Source: an uncultured Planctomycetia bacterium
GTDB lineage: Bacteria > Planctomycetota > UBA8108 > UBA1146
Direction: 5' to 3'
NCBI GenBank assembly: GCA_964605665.1
Contig: CAZSDP010000001.1
Coordinates: forward strand, 203,166 to 267,165
Length of the DNA stretch: 64,000 bases
Below, one piece after another: positions 10,895-21,942 of this stretch. Made by a program: the position numbers and the translations under genes. Position 1 is the first letter of the stretch. The number at the start of each line of letters is the position of its first letter. The notes under the pieces were generated by a model. It searched no databases. It worked only from the letters and a program-made list of their open reading frames with translations, and had not been told where the DNA came from.

Positions 10895-11923
10895 GTGGGA
10901 GCCTACTTTTCACGCCGAGCTCTGTTGATGATCCCGACATTTCTCGGGATCACTTTGCTCGTCTTCACGATCACCCGTTTTGTCCCCGGTGGGCCGGTGG
11001 ACAGAATGATCATGCAAATGCAGATGGGGGCTACTGCAGGTGAAGCAGGAGGAGTCGGAGGGGGCGAAGCTTCAAGTGTCGCAATTCCTGAGGCTGCGCT
11101 CGCCAGCCTGAAGGAACACTATCACCTCGACAAGTCTATCGCTCACGCTTACTTCCTCTGGTTGAGCGACTTGTTACGCTTCGACCTCGGGAACTCTTTC
11201 AAGTACAACCTCCCGGTGGTCGATCTCATCACCGCTCGATTTCCAGTCAGTATGTACTTTGGGCTCATCGGATTTTTCTTGGCATATTCGGTATGCATAC
11301 CACTTGGGGTATTCAAAGCGATACGACATGGAAGTCGCTTTGACTTTACCAGCAGTGCCTTGGTCTTTTTGGGGTACTCCATCCCGGGTTGGGCTTTGGG
11401 CCTGCTTCTCCTCCTCGTTCTTGGAGCAGAATTCGAGTTGGTTCCCCTCGGTAGTTTTCGTTCACAAGACTGGGATAAATTGGGAATGTTCGCAAAGATC
11501 AAAGATCAACTGCACCATACCATACTCCCCGTGATCGCTTACGCAGCTGGGAGCTTTGCCACGCTCACGATCTTGATGAAGAACTCCTTGATGGACAATC
11601 TCGGACAAGATTATGTCCGGACCGCTTTTGCCAAGGGGCTTCCTGAACGAAAAGCAATCTTTGTCCACGCTCTTCGAAATTCACTGATCCCAATCTGTAC
11701 CGGACTCGGTCACGCCATCGGCCTCGTGATGGCTGGGAGCTACCTGATCGAGAAAGTCTTCAATATCGATGGGATAGGGTACTTGGGCTTCACCTCCATC
11801 CTCGATCGTGACTACGCGGTCGTGATGGGGATCCTCGTCATCAACACCGGATTGATCCTACTCGGGAACATCTTGAGTGACGTCCTGTACGTGCTGGTCG
11901 ATCCTCGAATTCGTTTCCAATAG
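10895..11923 (+). CDS. Oligopeptide ABC permease, OppB/DppB family
   Basis: A GTG at 10895 is preceded by GGAGGA; the ORF track ATG at 10802 would overlap the SBP gene. EAA loop 'DYVRTAFAKGLPERKAIFVHALRNSLIP'. Confidence 0.8.
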   Translation: MGAYFSRRALLMIPTFLGITLLVFTITRFVPGGPVDRMIMQMQMGATAGEAGGVGGGEASSVAIPEAALASLKEHYHLDKSIAHAYFLWLSDLLRFDLGNSFKYNLPVVDLITARFPVSMYFGLIGFFLAYSVCIPLGVFKAIRHGSRFDFTSSALVFLGYSIPGWALGLLLLLVLGAEFELVPLGSFRSQDWDKLGMFAKIKDQLHHTILPVIAYAAGSFATLTILMKNSLMDNLGQDYVRTAFAKGLPERKAIFVHALRNSLIPICTGLGHAIGLVMAGSYLIEKVFNIDGIGYLGFTSILDRDYAVVMGILVINTGLILLGNILSDVLYVLVDPRIRFQ

Positions 11924-11930
11924 GGGATTA

Positions 11931-13037
11931 ATGATGACGAAGACCAAAGAAGAATCCCCACCTGTTGACGCTGAGACTCCGGTCGTTGAGAAGTCTCGAT
12001 CGGTTTTGCAGCGTCGATTTCAGAGATTCCGTCGACTGAAGCGCGGCTGGTACAGCTTCCTGATTTTGACCACTTTCTACGCCTTGAGCTTTTTCTGCCA
12101 TCTATTGGTGACTGAGAACGCACTCATCGTGAAGTACAACGGGAAACTCCACTTCCCTGCCTTTGGGAACTTCTACGAAGCGAAGGAGTTTGGCCAACGT
12201 CGCATTGGCGAGACTCACTACCGAATGCTTGCTGAGCAATTGGCAACGGACGACGACGAGGAGACTTGGGTGCTCCTGGCTCCGTATCCATACGGACCAT
12301 TCGAAAACCTACTTCGAGAATTGGAGGGGCCACCTCCACACAAGCCATCCGCGGTTCATTGGCTCGGCACCGACAATCGAGGACGAGACGTCTTTGCCCG
12401 GCTCGTCTATGGATTTTGGTACTCGATGACATTTGCCGTCGGGGTGGTCTTCGCTTCTTACTTGATCGGAATCTTCGTCGGAGCATGCTTCGGGTTCTTT
12501 GGTGGCCGCATCGACATCTACGGGCAACGACTGGTCGAAATCTGGGCCGCATTACCCTTTCTGTATACGGTGATGATCCTCTCCAACATCCTGCAACCAA
12601 GTCTCGGAATCTTGATCTTTCTCGTCGCTCTCTTCTCTTGGGTTGGAATCACCTATTACATGCGTGGAGAGTTTTACCGAGAAAAGTCTCGAGACTACGT
12701 TTCAGCGGCGATCGCACAAGGCGAGTCTCGTCTTGCCATCATGTTTCAGCACATCCTTCCCAATGCGCTCACACCCATCATCAGCTTTGCTCCGTTCGCT
12801 CTGGTTGGCGCAATCACCGCGATCGTTTCTCTCGACTTCCTCGGTCTCGGATTACCCGCCCCGACTCCAAGTTGGGGCGAACTGATGAATCAAGGTCTCG
12901 ACTCTCTCACCGCTGGGGACTACCACCTCATCCTGAGTCCCGTGCTCGCTCTATTCTCTACGCTTCTGATGGTTGTCTTCATTGGGGAAGCGATCCGCGA
13001 AGCGTTCGATCCAAAAGTCTTCTCGAGGTTGAGGTAA
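11931..13037 (+). CDS. Oligopeptide ABC permease, OppC/DppC family
   Basis: ATGATG start just after the upstream stop. 'DYVSAAIAQGESRLAIMFQHILPN' EAA loop. Confidence 0.85.
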   Translation: MMTKTKEESPPVDAETPVVEKSRSVLQRRFQRFRRLKRGWYSFLILTTFYALSFFCHLLVTENALIVKYNGKLHFPAFGNFYEAKEFGQRRIGETHYRMLAEQLATDDDEETWVLLAPYPYGPFENLLRELEGPPPHKPSAVHWLGTDNRGRDVFARLVYGFWYSMTFAVGVVFASYLIGIFVGACFGFFGGRIDIYGQRLVEIWAALPFLYTVMILSNILQPSLGILIFLVALFSWVGITYYMRGEFYREKSRDYVSAAIAQGESRLAIMFQHILPNALTPIISFAPFALVGAITAIVSLDFLGLGLPAPTPSWGELMNQGLDSLTAGDYHLILSPVLALFSTLLMVVFIGEAIREAFDPKVFSRLR

Positions 13038-13041
13038 TGAG

Positions 13042-14030
<989 letters not shown>

Positions 14031-14034
<4 letters not shown>

Positions 14035-15071
14035 CCGAACCGATTTTACAGCTCAAGAATCTGGAAGTTTTCTTTCCGGTTTATGGGGGAGTCCTCCGTC
14101 ACAAGATCGCCGAAGTTCGAGCGGTCGATGGGGTCTCACTCGCTGTCGATGAAGGGGAAACGATCGGACTCGTCGGGGAATCTGGATCAGGAAAAACCAC
14201 GGTTGGACGTGCAGTGATCAATCTACTGCGTCAGACAACTCCCGGAGTCCATCTCGGTGGGGAGGTCCTCTATCGAAGCCGTTCAGGAAAGGTCATCGAT
14301 CTGAATGGGCTTTCGCGTGCGGAAATGAAAGCGTATCGAGCTGAGATACAGATGGTCTTCCAGGACCCCTTCAGTTCTCTCAATCCTCGGATGACGGTCG
14401 AGCAAATCGTTGGAGGCCCGCTCGCATTGCACACAGATCTCGATCGGAAAGCTCGAAAACGACGAGTGGAAGAACTGCTCGAGCGAGTTGGATTGCAAGG
14501 GAGCTACGCCGCACGCTACCCCCATGAGTTTTCCGGAGGACAACGGCAACGGATCGGGATCGCCCGATCGCTCTCTACCAATCCGCGAGTGGTGATCGCC
14601 GATGAACCGGTCAGCGCCCTCGACGTTTCCGTTCAGGCACAAGTCGTGAATTTGATGGAAGATTTACAAGAGGAGTTTGGCCTCACCTATCTCTTCATCG
14701 CCCACGACATCGGAGTGGTCTACCACGTAAGCGACCGCATTGCGGTGATGTACCTCGGAAACATCGTTGAAACCGGTGGTGCGGAGGAATTGTATCGCAA
14801 TGCTCAACACCCCTACACTCAGGCGCTCCTCTCCGCAGTCCCTGAAGCAACGCCTCGCCGGACTCGACCCGATCGAACCGTACTCGAAGGCGACATCCCG
14901 ACTCCTCTAGCAAAGCCGAGTGGTTGCGGATTTAGAACCCGCTGCCCGATCGCCCAACCCGATTGTGCGATTGATATCCCGGCGTTCAAAGAGGTGAGCC
15001 CTGGACACAACGTTGCTTGCCCCCATACCGGCAGTCAGACTTCCAAGGAACAAGCAGTGGAGGCTGAATGA
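14031..15071 (+). CDS. Oligopeptide ABC transporter ATP-binding protein (OppF/DppF-like)
   Basis: Walker A 'GESGSGKT', signature 'FSGGQRQRI', Walker B 'VVIADEPVSALD'. ATGA-coupled to the upstream ATPase. Confidence 0.9.
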
Positions 15072-15080
15072 GGAATCACC

Positions 15081-16025
15081 ATGCTAAACCCGGGTTGTGA
15101 TCTGGACCTGGACTGGGTCCTCTCCGCACGCGCAAATCGATCTGCCATCGAACGTCGTGCCGCCACCCTCACCGGGCGGCGCACTGTAAAGAAAGAGTGG
15201 CAAGTTGGTTGGCTTGCACATGCGGTCACATGCATCGATTTAACGACACTCGCCGGTGATGACACCCCAGGCACCGTTCGGCGACTGGCCTCGAAAGCAT
15301 GTTCTCCCGTCCGTGAGTCGATCCTAAAGGCACATTCTCTGCCGCTCGACCTTCACTGTGGAGCGGTCTGCGTTTATCACAATTTGGTCCCTGTTGCGGT
15401 TGAGAGCTGCACCAACAAGGGAGTCAACGTCTGCGCAGTTTCAACTGGTTTTCCAGCGGGTCAAATCCCACACGCGCTCAAACTCGAGCAGATCGAAGCA
15501 TCGGTCAATGCCGGTGCTCAAGAGATCGACATCGTCGTTTCTCGACCGTTGGTTCTCGAAGGACGCTGGACGGAGCTGTATGAGGAAGTTCGCGACTTCC
15601 GCGCTGCCTGTGGCGACCAGGTCCACCTGAAATCGATTCTCGCTACTGGAGAGCTAGCAACACTCGCCCAGGTCGCAAAAGCCAGTCGAGTCTGCCTCGC
15701 AGCCGGCGCCGACTTCATCAAGACTTCCACCGGGAAAGAACCGGTGAACGCGACACTGCCCGTTGCCCTGGTGATGCTTCGAGCAATTCGCGAACATGCT
15801 GACCGAACGGGACATCTCGCAGGCTTCAAGCCAGCTGGGGGAATCAAGACTGCAAAACAGGCCATCGCTTTTCTGATGCTCGTCAAAGAAGAACTGGGAA
15901 CAGAGTCGATGCGATCCGATCGGTTTCGATTCGGCGCATCGTCACTACTTGCCGACCTTGAACGTCAACTGGAGTTTCACGCCACGGGCCGCTATTCCGC
16001 GGTCCATCACCATCCGATGGGTTGA
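15081..16025 (+). CDS. deoC: Deoxyribose-phosphate aldolase, long form
   Basis: 'CIDLTTLAGDDTP', 'CAVSTGFPAGQ' and 'IKTSTGKEP' carrying the Schiff-base lysine. 314 aa, like the long eukaryote-type DERA. Confidence 0.8.
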   Translation: MLNPGCDLDLDWVLSARANRSAIERRAATLTGRRTVKKEWQVGWLAHAVTCIDLTTLAGDDTPGTVRRLASKACSPVRESILKAHSLPLDLHCGAVCVYHNLVPVAVESCTNKGVNVCAVSTGFPAGQIPHALKLEQIEASVNAGAQEIDIVVSRPLVLEGRWTELYEEVRDFRAACGDQVHLKSILATGELATLAQVAKASRVCLAAGADFIKTSTGKEPVNATLPVALVMLRAIREHADRTGHLAGFKPAGGIKTAKQAIAFLMLVKEELGTESMRSDRFRFGASSLLADLERQLEFHATGRYSAVHHHPMG

Positions 16026-16037
16026 TAGGATGATGTC

Positions 16038-18419
16038 ATGACTGGAGCGAGCACCATTTTCGAGAATCTCGATTGGGGTCCCGCACCGGAGGCTGACGGT
16101 CCAGCACGAGCTTGGATCGAACAGCTTGGCGAGGTCGCCCCTTTGTTCATCGATGGAGACTGGGCTAGACCGAAGAAGGCATCGACCTTTCCCACTCGCA
16201 ACCCAGCAACGGGAGAAACGCTGACTCAAATTGTTCAGACCGAACAGAAGGAAGTCGACCGTGCAGTCCAAGCAGCTCGAGCTGCACAGCCCGGCTGGGC
16301 TTCGGTGGGGGGGGCTGCCCGAGCTCGCTACCTCTATGCGATTTCACGTGGCATCCAAAAGAACTCCAGGCTCTTCGCCACACTTGAGACCCTCGACAAC
16401 GGGAAACCGATTCGAGAAACCCGGGACATCGATGTCCCCCTGGTGGCTCGACACTTCCATCACCATGCTGGCTGGGCTGAGATCTTGGACGTCAAAGCTC
16501 CGACTTTGAAGCCGTGGGGGGTTTGTGGCCAGGTCGTGCCATGGAACTTCCCACTTCTCATGCTCGCCTGGAAAATCGCCCCAGCCCTCGCTGCAGGAAA
16601 CACCGTGGTTCTCAAACCTGCGGAATGGACGTCCCTCACCGCGATACTCTTTGCAGAGCTTTGCGACTCCGTTGGACTCCCTCCCGGAGTCGTCAACATC
16701 GTCACTGGCGATGGCACAACCGGAGCAGGACTAGTGGGGCATCCCGACATCGACAAGGTTGCATTTACCGGCTCCACAGAAGTCGGAAGAATCATCCGAA
16801 AGCAGATCGCCGGAAGCGGGAAGGGACTGACTCTCGAGCTCGGCGGAAAAAGCCCCTTTATCGTTTTCGAAGATGCGGATCTCGACTCAGCCATCGAGGG
16901 AATCGTCGACGCAATATGGTTTAACCAAGGGCAAGTTTGTTGCGCAGGCAGTCGATTGCTCGTCGCCGAATCGATCGCCGACGTCTTCCACGCTAAGCTT
17001 GAAGCACGGATGAAGCGCCTCAGAGTTGGTAACCCTCTCGACAAAGCCGTTGACCTCGGAGCGATGATCGAAGAAGACCACCTCAACAATGTCCGCTCGC
17101 TCTGCTCCGCTGCGGTAGAAGACGGCAATCGCTGCATTCAATCTGCAGAAGATTTGCCCAAGGAAGGATTTTGGTTCCCACCAACACTCTTCCCAAACGT
17201 CTCACCAGCGTCTCAAATCGCCCAAGAAGAAGTCTTCGGTCCAGTCCTCGTCTCGATGACCTTCAGAACTCCCACCGAGGCGATCGCGCTCGCGAATCAC
17301 ACTCGCTACGGCCTGGCCGGCAGTGTTTGGACGCAAGATCTCGATACAGCACTCCACGTCGCGAGAGCTCTTCACGCCGGCACGGTGTGGGTCAACTCAA
17401 CAAACCTCTTCGATGCGGCTTCCGGATTTGGTGGGGTTCGCGAATCAGGTTTTGGCCGTGAAGGGGGACTCGAGGGCCTTCATGCGTACCTTCGCCCGTC
17501 TGAATCGTGGGAACCGCAAACATCAGGACAAGCACCAGGAAAACTACAGACCAGCGATACCCAGCCAACGATCGAATCACCATCCCTCGATCGCACTGCG
17601 AAACTGTACATCGGAGGCAAACAGTGCCGACCCGATGGGGGCTACTCACTCGAAGTCTTAAATCCTGCTGGAGAAAACATCGACAAGGTGGGCCGCGGGA
17701 ATAGAAAAGACATCCGTAACGCGGTCGAAGCAGCGAACAGTGCGCGATCTTGGGGTCAAACCGATGCCCACCTTCGCTCTCAGATTCTTTGGTATCTGGC
17801 AGAGAATCTAGCGCCCCGTACCCAGGAACTCTCCAATCGCATCGCATCGATGACCGGCTGCGACACTGCATCCGCAACCGAAGAGGTTGAACTCGCGATT
17901 CAGAGACTGACACACTGGGCCTCTTGGGCCGATAAACACGATGGGGCAGTTCACGCCGTCCCAATTCGCGGCCTCGTACTCGCTCTTCACGAACCTGTCG
18001 GCGTGGTCGGAGTGGTGTGCCCAAACCACGAACCCCTCCTTTCGCTGATCGCCCTGGTAGCACCCTTGATCGCCACCGGGAACACTGTCGTCGCCATTCC
18101 GAGCGAGACTGCACCACTGGCTGCAACAGACCTCTACCAGGTCCTCGAAACCTCCGACATCCCGGGCGGCGTGCTCAATATCGTCACCGGAATCCACAGC
18201 GAGCTGACTCCACATCTCGCCTCCCACGATGCTATCGATATGATCTGGCATGCCGGCAGCAAAGAGAGCGCGGCCGAAGCGGAAGTCCTCTCCGCCGGAA
18301 ACCTCAAACGAACCTGGTGCCCACTCGGGTTCTCAGGAAGGCAACCTCGATCGAAGAGTGAGGAACTACTGAGGCAAGGAACCAGGGTCAAAAACCTCTG
18401 GCTTCCTCACGGAGTCTGA
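16038..18419 (+). CDS. NAD(P)-dependent aldehyde dehydrogenase with a C-terminal partial ALDH-like (NAD-binding half) duplication
   Basis: Complete ALDH core in aa 1–~490: 'VVPWNFPLLM', catalytic 'ELGGKSP', catalytic Cys 'QGQVCCAGSRL'. Residues ~500–793 repeat an ALDH N-terminal-like fold ('VCPNHEPLLSLIALVAPLIATGNTVV') without a second catalytic Cys. Confidence 0.8.
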   Translation: MTGASTIFENLDWGPAPEADGPARAWIEQLGEVAPLFIDGDWARPKKASTFPTRNPATGETLTQIVQTEQKEVDRAVQAARAAQPGWASVGGAARARYLYAISRGIQKNSRLFATLETLDNGKPIRETRDIDVPLVARHFHHHAGWAEILDVKAPTLKPWGVCGQVVPWNFPLLMLAWKIAPALAAGNTVVLKPAEWTSLTAILFAELCDSVGLPPGVVNIVTGDGTTGAGLVGHPDIDKVAFTGSTEVGRIIRKQIAGSGKGLTLELGGKSPFIVFEDADLDSAIEGIVDAIWFNQGQVCCAGSRLLVAESIADVFHAKLEARMKRLRVGNPLDKAVDLGAMIEEDHLNNVRSLCSAAVEDGNRCIQSAEDLPKEGFWFPPTLFPNVSPASQIAQEEVFGPVLVSMTFRTPTEAIALANHTRYGLAGSVWTQDLDTALHVARALHAGTVWVNSTNLFDAASGFGGVRESGFGREGGLEGLHAYLRPSESWEPQTSGQAPGKLQTSDTQPTIESPSLDRTAKLYIGGKQCRPDGGYSLEVLNPAGENIDKVGRGNRKDIRNAVEAANSARSWGQTDAHLRSQILWYLAENLAPRTQELSNRIASMTGCDTASATEEVELAIQRLTHWASWADKHDGAVHAVPIRGLVLALHEPVGVVGVVCPNHEPLLSLIALVAPLIATGNTVVAIPSETAPLAATDLYQVLETSDIPGGVLNIVTGIHSELTPHLASHDAIDMIWHAGSKESAAEAEVLSAGNLKRTWCPLGFSGRQPRSKSEELLRQGTRVKNLWLPHGV

Positions 18420-18443
18420 GACCAGTCGCACCGCGCGAAAGTC

Positions 18444-18492
18444 CGAGACCCGGAACAACCCAGTGCCGGAACAATTCAGAGCCGGAACAAAC
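18444..18492. repeat. Three direct repeats of 'ccggaacaa' with an exact 16-nt period
   Basis: Copies at ~18450, 18466 and 18482 in the convergent intergenic region between the ALDH and SDR genes. Confidence 0.5.
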
Positions 18493-18669
18493 TAGAGCCG
18501 CGGACCATGCCAAAGCCCGAGCAAACTCGAGCAACCGCGATCCAAACCGCTCCCAAATGGCCACCAACCGCGATTCTCGGCATTTCGGCACGCATCATAA
18601 TATACCTTATCGGAACGTCGAGAATTTGAGCGCCGGCCCTGGGTGACCCCGGACCGATCGACTTGGAAC

Positions 18670-19401
18670 TCAGATTCGACGTCGAAGCCGCCTCGCGACA
18701 AACGATGAAACCGCCTGCCCGATCGCCGCCAGCTCGACGATCATTGCCGCCCGACGCGGACGACTGATTTGCTCGGGTCGGTCGATGAGTGACTGGATCA
18801 CGACCCTCGCCGCCTTTTCCCGGGTCATCAGCAATGGTCTACGTCTCGATTTCGCGAGCTTGGTGTCCACGAAGCCGAACCGCACGTTCGTGATCGACAC
18901 CCCCTCGGGCCGCAGCGTGCGATTGAGCATCTCCAAATATGCGCTGAGAGCTTTCTTCGATGCGCAATAACTTGGAGCGTCCGACATCATGAACTTGTCA
19001 GCCAAACTGGAAAGGACAACGATATGCCCACCCTTGCCTTTCCACTTCGGGACAACAGCAGCAATCATCTCCACGACCGAGATCAAGTTTGTGTCGAAAC
19101 AGCGCCTCTCTCGACTCAGGTCGTCAGGACGGTACTGACTTCCCACTGCGGCGCAGTGGATCAGCGCTTGGAGACCTTGCTCTTCATTCAGGATCTTGTC
19201 GATAAATGCTGGAAACTCTTCCGTCGTCACATCGACAACGTGGTGCTTATAGTTACCAGGCATGCTTAGATTGCTTCTACTCGCCCCGATAACGCGACGC
19301 CCCGAGTCAAGAAGCTGCCTGGTGACCTCTTTTCCGATCCCATCGGAGTTACCGATGACCAGCACAGGCCCCTGATCGGCAGATGCCCGCTTGACGCTCA
19401 T
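18670..19401 (-). CDS. Short-chain dehydrogenase/reductase (SDR)
   Basis: The internal Met start forms an ATGA overlap with the upstream gene. Gly-rich 'VLVIGNSDGIGKE' NAD(P)-binding motif, SDR-length. Confidence 0.75.
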   Translation of the reverse strand: MSVKRASADQGPVLVIGNSDGIGKEVTRQLLDSGRRVIGASRSNLSMPGNYKHHVVDVTTEEFPAFIDKILNEEQGLQALIHCAAVGSQYRPDDLSRERRCFDTNLISVVEMIAAVVPKWKGKGGHIVVLSSLADKFMMSDAPSYCASKKALSAYLEMLNRTLRPEGVSITNVRFGFVDTKLAKSRRRPLLMTREKAARVVIQSLIDRPEQISRPRRAAMIVELAAIGQAVSSFVARRLRRRI

Positions 19402-20270
19402 CCACGGTCCAGTCGGGATCGGACCGCCTCGATGAATCGATTGAGCGCCGGTGGATGCTGCAGAAAGAACAGACTTGGCTCCAACAGCTCCAATTCCGCG
19501 AGCAACCATTTCCCATCTGAATCTTGAATCATGTCCACTCTGCCGTAGAGAATCTCCGGAACTCTCTCAAGGATCCGGCTTGCAAGTACCTTTTGCTCAT
19601 CGTTTGGCACAAATGCGTCAGAGATCCGCTCTTCATCATCGTGGAAACGTGGGGATTTACGAACTGCATGGGAACACTGACCATCGATAAAGACGATCGC
19701 GTGTTCCCCAATTGGACCCTCGACCGCTTCGAGGTATTCCTGAATCATCCAGTCTCGCTCGTGAGCACCATCACTCAAAAATTTCTGCGCGCGGTCGACC
19801 TCGTTCGCGTCGAACCTCTCAGTCATCAACGAGCCCGCCGAGATTGTCGGCTTCACCACAAAACGCGACCATCCCCTTTGCTCGATCAGACTCTCCACAT
19901 CGATGGCATGACCTCTTTCGATAAACTCGGTCGGAATTGTGGAGATTCCTAGGGCATCGTACTCACGGAGATACGTTTTTCTGAGGTTCCAACGACAGAC
20001 CTCCAGGGGATTGTAGAGGCGGCTCACCCCATTCACCGACTCTAACCAAGCCTCGAATTCCTCCGGATGCTCCGGATAGTTCCAACACGATCTCAAAATA
20101 CAAAGATCATACTTTTCAGGGGTCGCGGCCGGATCATCCCAAGGAAGTAGATCGACTTCGATTCCTGCCTCATCAAATGCCCCCACCAGCACCGCTTCAT
20201 CGGGATCCGGCTCAGGAATATCGATACAGGTCACCAGAGCCACCCGCCCCAATTCACTTTTCTTCATCAC
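19398..20270 (-). CDS. ATP-grasp family protein (RimK/glutathione-synthetase-like ligase)
   Basis: 290 aa. The central 'VVKPTISAGSLMTERF' and C-terminal 'WLLAELEL' pattern is consistent with an ATP-grasp fold. Coupled to both neighbours by ATGA overlaps. Confidence 0.5.
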   Translation of the reverse strand: MMKKSELGRVALVTCIDIPEPDPDEAVLVGAFDEAGIEVDLLPWDDPAATPEKYDLCILRSCWNYPEHPEEFEAWLESVNGVSRLYNPLEVCRWNLRKTYLREYDALGISTIPTEFIERGHAIDVESLIEQRGWSRFVVKPTISAGSLMTERFDANEVDRAQKFLSDGAHERDWMIQEYLEAVEGPIGEHAIVFIDGQCSHAVRKSPRFHDDEERISDAFVPNDEQKVLASRILERVPEILYGRVDMIQDSDGKWLLAELELLEPSLFFLQHPPALNRFIEAVRSRLDRG

Positions 20271-21802
20271 TGGGGATGACCTTCATGCTTTGATTTCTGG
20301 TCTGCCGCTGGCGGACAGATTTGATCGTAAGCAATTTCCTCAAGCGCCTCATCTGTCAACTGGCGAGCCATCTCTCTTGAGACGTCAATTCCATAGAAGA
20401 TGGAAGCTTGAATTCGTGCTTGCTCAGCAAAGAGCAGACTTCCGTCTATCGATTTTGCTCCATGACCAGCGCACAACTTCAAGAAGTCGGTCTCCTTCGG
20501 TTCATAGCTATAGTCGATTGCCCATCCTCCGCGGAATCGATCGATTGGCCATCTGAGCCGATCTTGGGAGATGGAACCTAATCCTGACGCGTTGATGAGG
20601 ATTTCCGTCCTCTCAATTTCCTCCGGCCCTGCCTCCGGGATCGAACCTTCGATCAGACACTTTGGCAACCGTCCTTTTATTCGCGGCAAGACTGAGACGC
20701 GCCCTCCCCGGGCGGCGAGCTCAAGGGCGATCGGCTGGGCAACTCCCCCACTTCCGATAATCAAAATCTTTTCACCAAACGGTATTTCGTGTTCAGAGAA
20801 GATCCGCACTAGAGCTGGAACATCGGTATTCCAACCCAACACATCCCCCTCTTCGTGCAGAAGCGTATTCCAACTGGGATGCCGCTCTTCGCCGGCAGCT
20901 CCCGCACGTCCTTGTCCACGCGCCCAAATCTTGTGAGGCGCCGTCACCGCTAGGCATCTCGGTGGCTCGTAGCTGCCGACAGCTCGCTCGAAAATGCCGT
21001 CTGGAGTATCTAAAGAGAAGTCGACCCAACGTTCACGATGGTTCGCCGCGGTGAGAACACGATTGTGAAAACCTGGCGAAATCGACCTCGTCACATCCCC
21101 ACCGATCACTGCACACCAACTCTGGCCGTCTCCTTGGAGCCCTCCTCCATATCGCGTCGGGATGCTCTGAACCACCGGCTGCCCCTCTGCCGTTCCGACG
21201 CAACCCGCCAATCGCCCATAAGCCCAGGACTGTCCATTGGCCAAAGCGAGAAATCGGGAAGCTGTTCCCATCTTTGAAGCCGCGAACATCACCACCGGTC
21301 GTGGTCCCCCAAACTCAGAGGAGATGCGCAATGCCTGTCCCGTTGCGGCAACTCCCCCATTCGCCAAAACGAGCTTTCCGGCATCGACGCCCGGCCTCAA
21401 CAAGTCTCGAGCTGCGCCGCGAATCGCCGCGTCCGATTGTGGCTCCTCGAGATGTCTGCTCAGAATCACCTGCACATCGAGAGATCGCTCACTGTTCAAG
21501 GACAGGTTCCTCAAGGCCGCTGGATCATCCACATCGAGATCGATCCAGAGTTTGCCTCCATGCCCCGCTATCGCGTCCTTCAGGTAACGAAGCCGTTCCG
21601 ATTCACGGGACAATCCCGGTTTCCAGGCGATCACCTTTGGCTGAGCGATGGCGCAGATCTCAGCAAGAGAAAGAGGCGAGTCCCACAAATCGAAGCGAAA
21701 TTCAATCGCTCCAGAGCTTCGAATCGCTCGCGAATCTTGCAAAAATCTACGAAAAGACTCTCGGCTCGGAAGGACCGTCACCCACCGCGGAGACAGCTCC
21801 AT
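20267..21802 (-). CDS. Bifunctional 3-dehydroquinate dehydratase (type I) / shikimate 5-dehydrogenase-like protein
   Basis: The N-terminal half matches AroD type I ('IEFRFDL', 'PVVMFAASKMGTASRFLALANGQSWAYG'). The C-terminal half matches AroE ('VIGGDVTRSISPGFHN', Rossmann 'ILIIGSGGVAQPIALEL'). Confidence 0.65.
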   Translation of the reverse strand: MELSPRWVTVLPSRESFRRFLQDSRAIRSSGAIEFRFDLWDSPLSLAEICAIAQPKVIAWKPGLSRESERLRYLKDAIAGHGGKLWIDLDVDDPAALRNLSLNSERSLDVQVILSRHLEEPQSDAAIRGAARDLLRPGVDAGKLVLANGGVAATGQALRISSEFGGPRPVVMFAASKMGTASRFLALANGQSWAYGRLAGCVGTAEGQPVVQSIPTRYGGGLQGDGQSWCAVIGGDVTRSISPGFHNRVLTAANHRERWVDFSLDTPDGIFERAVGSYEPPRCLAVTAPHKIWARGQGRAGAAGEERHPSWNTLLHEEGDVLGWNTDVPALVRIFSEHEIPFGEKILIIGSGGVAQPIALELAARGGRVSVLPRIKGRLPKCLIEGSIPEAGPEEIERTEILINASGLGSISQDRLRWPIDRFRGGWAIDYSYEPKETDFLKLCAGHGAKSIDGSLLFAEQARIQASIFYGIDVSREMARQLTDEALEEIAYDQICPPAADQKSKHEGHPQ

Positions 21803-21914
21803 TCTGACTCACCTCCCTTAGATTCGCCGTTCCCGGTGGCTTTTGGGGACACTCTTCTTTCACACATCAAGTCCATCAAAAGGAGAAAGTCGTGAAGGTC
21901 AGGCTCAGGATTTT

Positions 21915-21942
21915 GTTGGACCGATGCCGATAGTGGTTATAA
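21915..21942 (+). promoter_or_regulatory. Candidate σ70-type promoter (TTGGAC–16 nt–TATAAT) for a long rho leader
   Basis: Hexamers read directly. The TSS would lie ~940 nt upstream of the rho ATG. Confidence 0.3.

Noticed and set aside
16460-18126. Long antisense ORFs (225 aa at 16460..17137; 244 aa at 17392..18126) inside the aldehyde dehydrogenase gene
   Set aside because: They are fully embedded opposite a well-supported ALDH. Their products are Arg/Ser/Pro-rich low-complexity, typical of antisense frames in high-GC DNA.
21237-21895. Several 100–180-aa plus-strand ORFs opposite the aroDE-like gene
   Set aside because: They are antisense to a gene with AroD/AroE motifs. They are Pro/Arg/Ser-rich with no start context.
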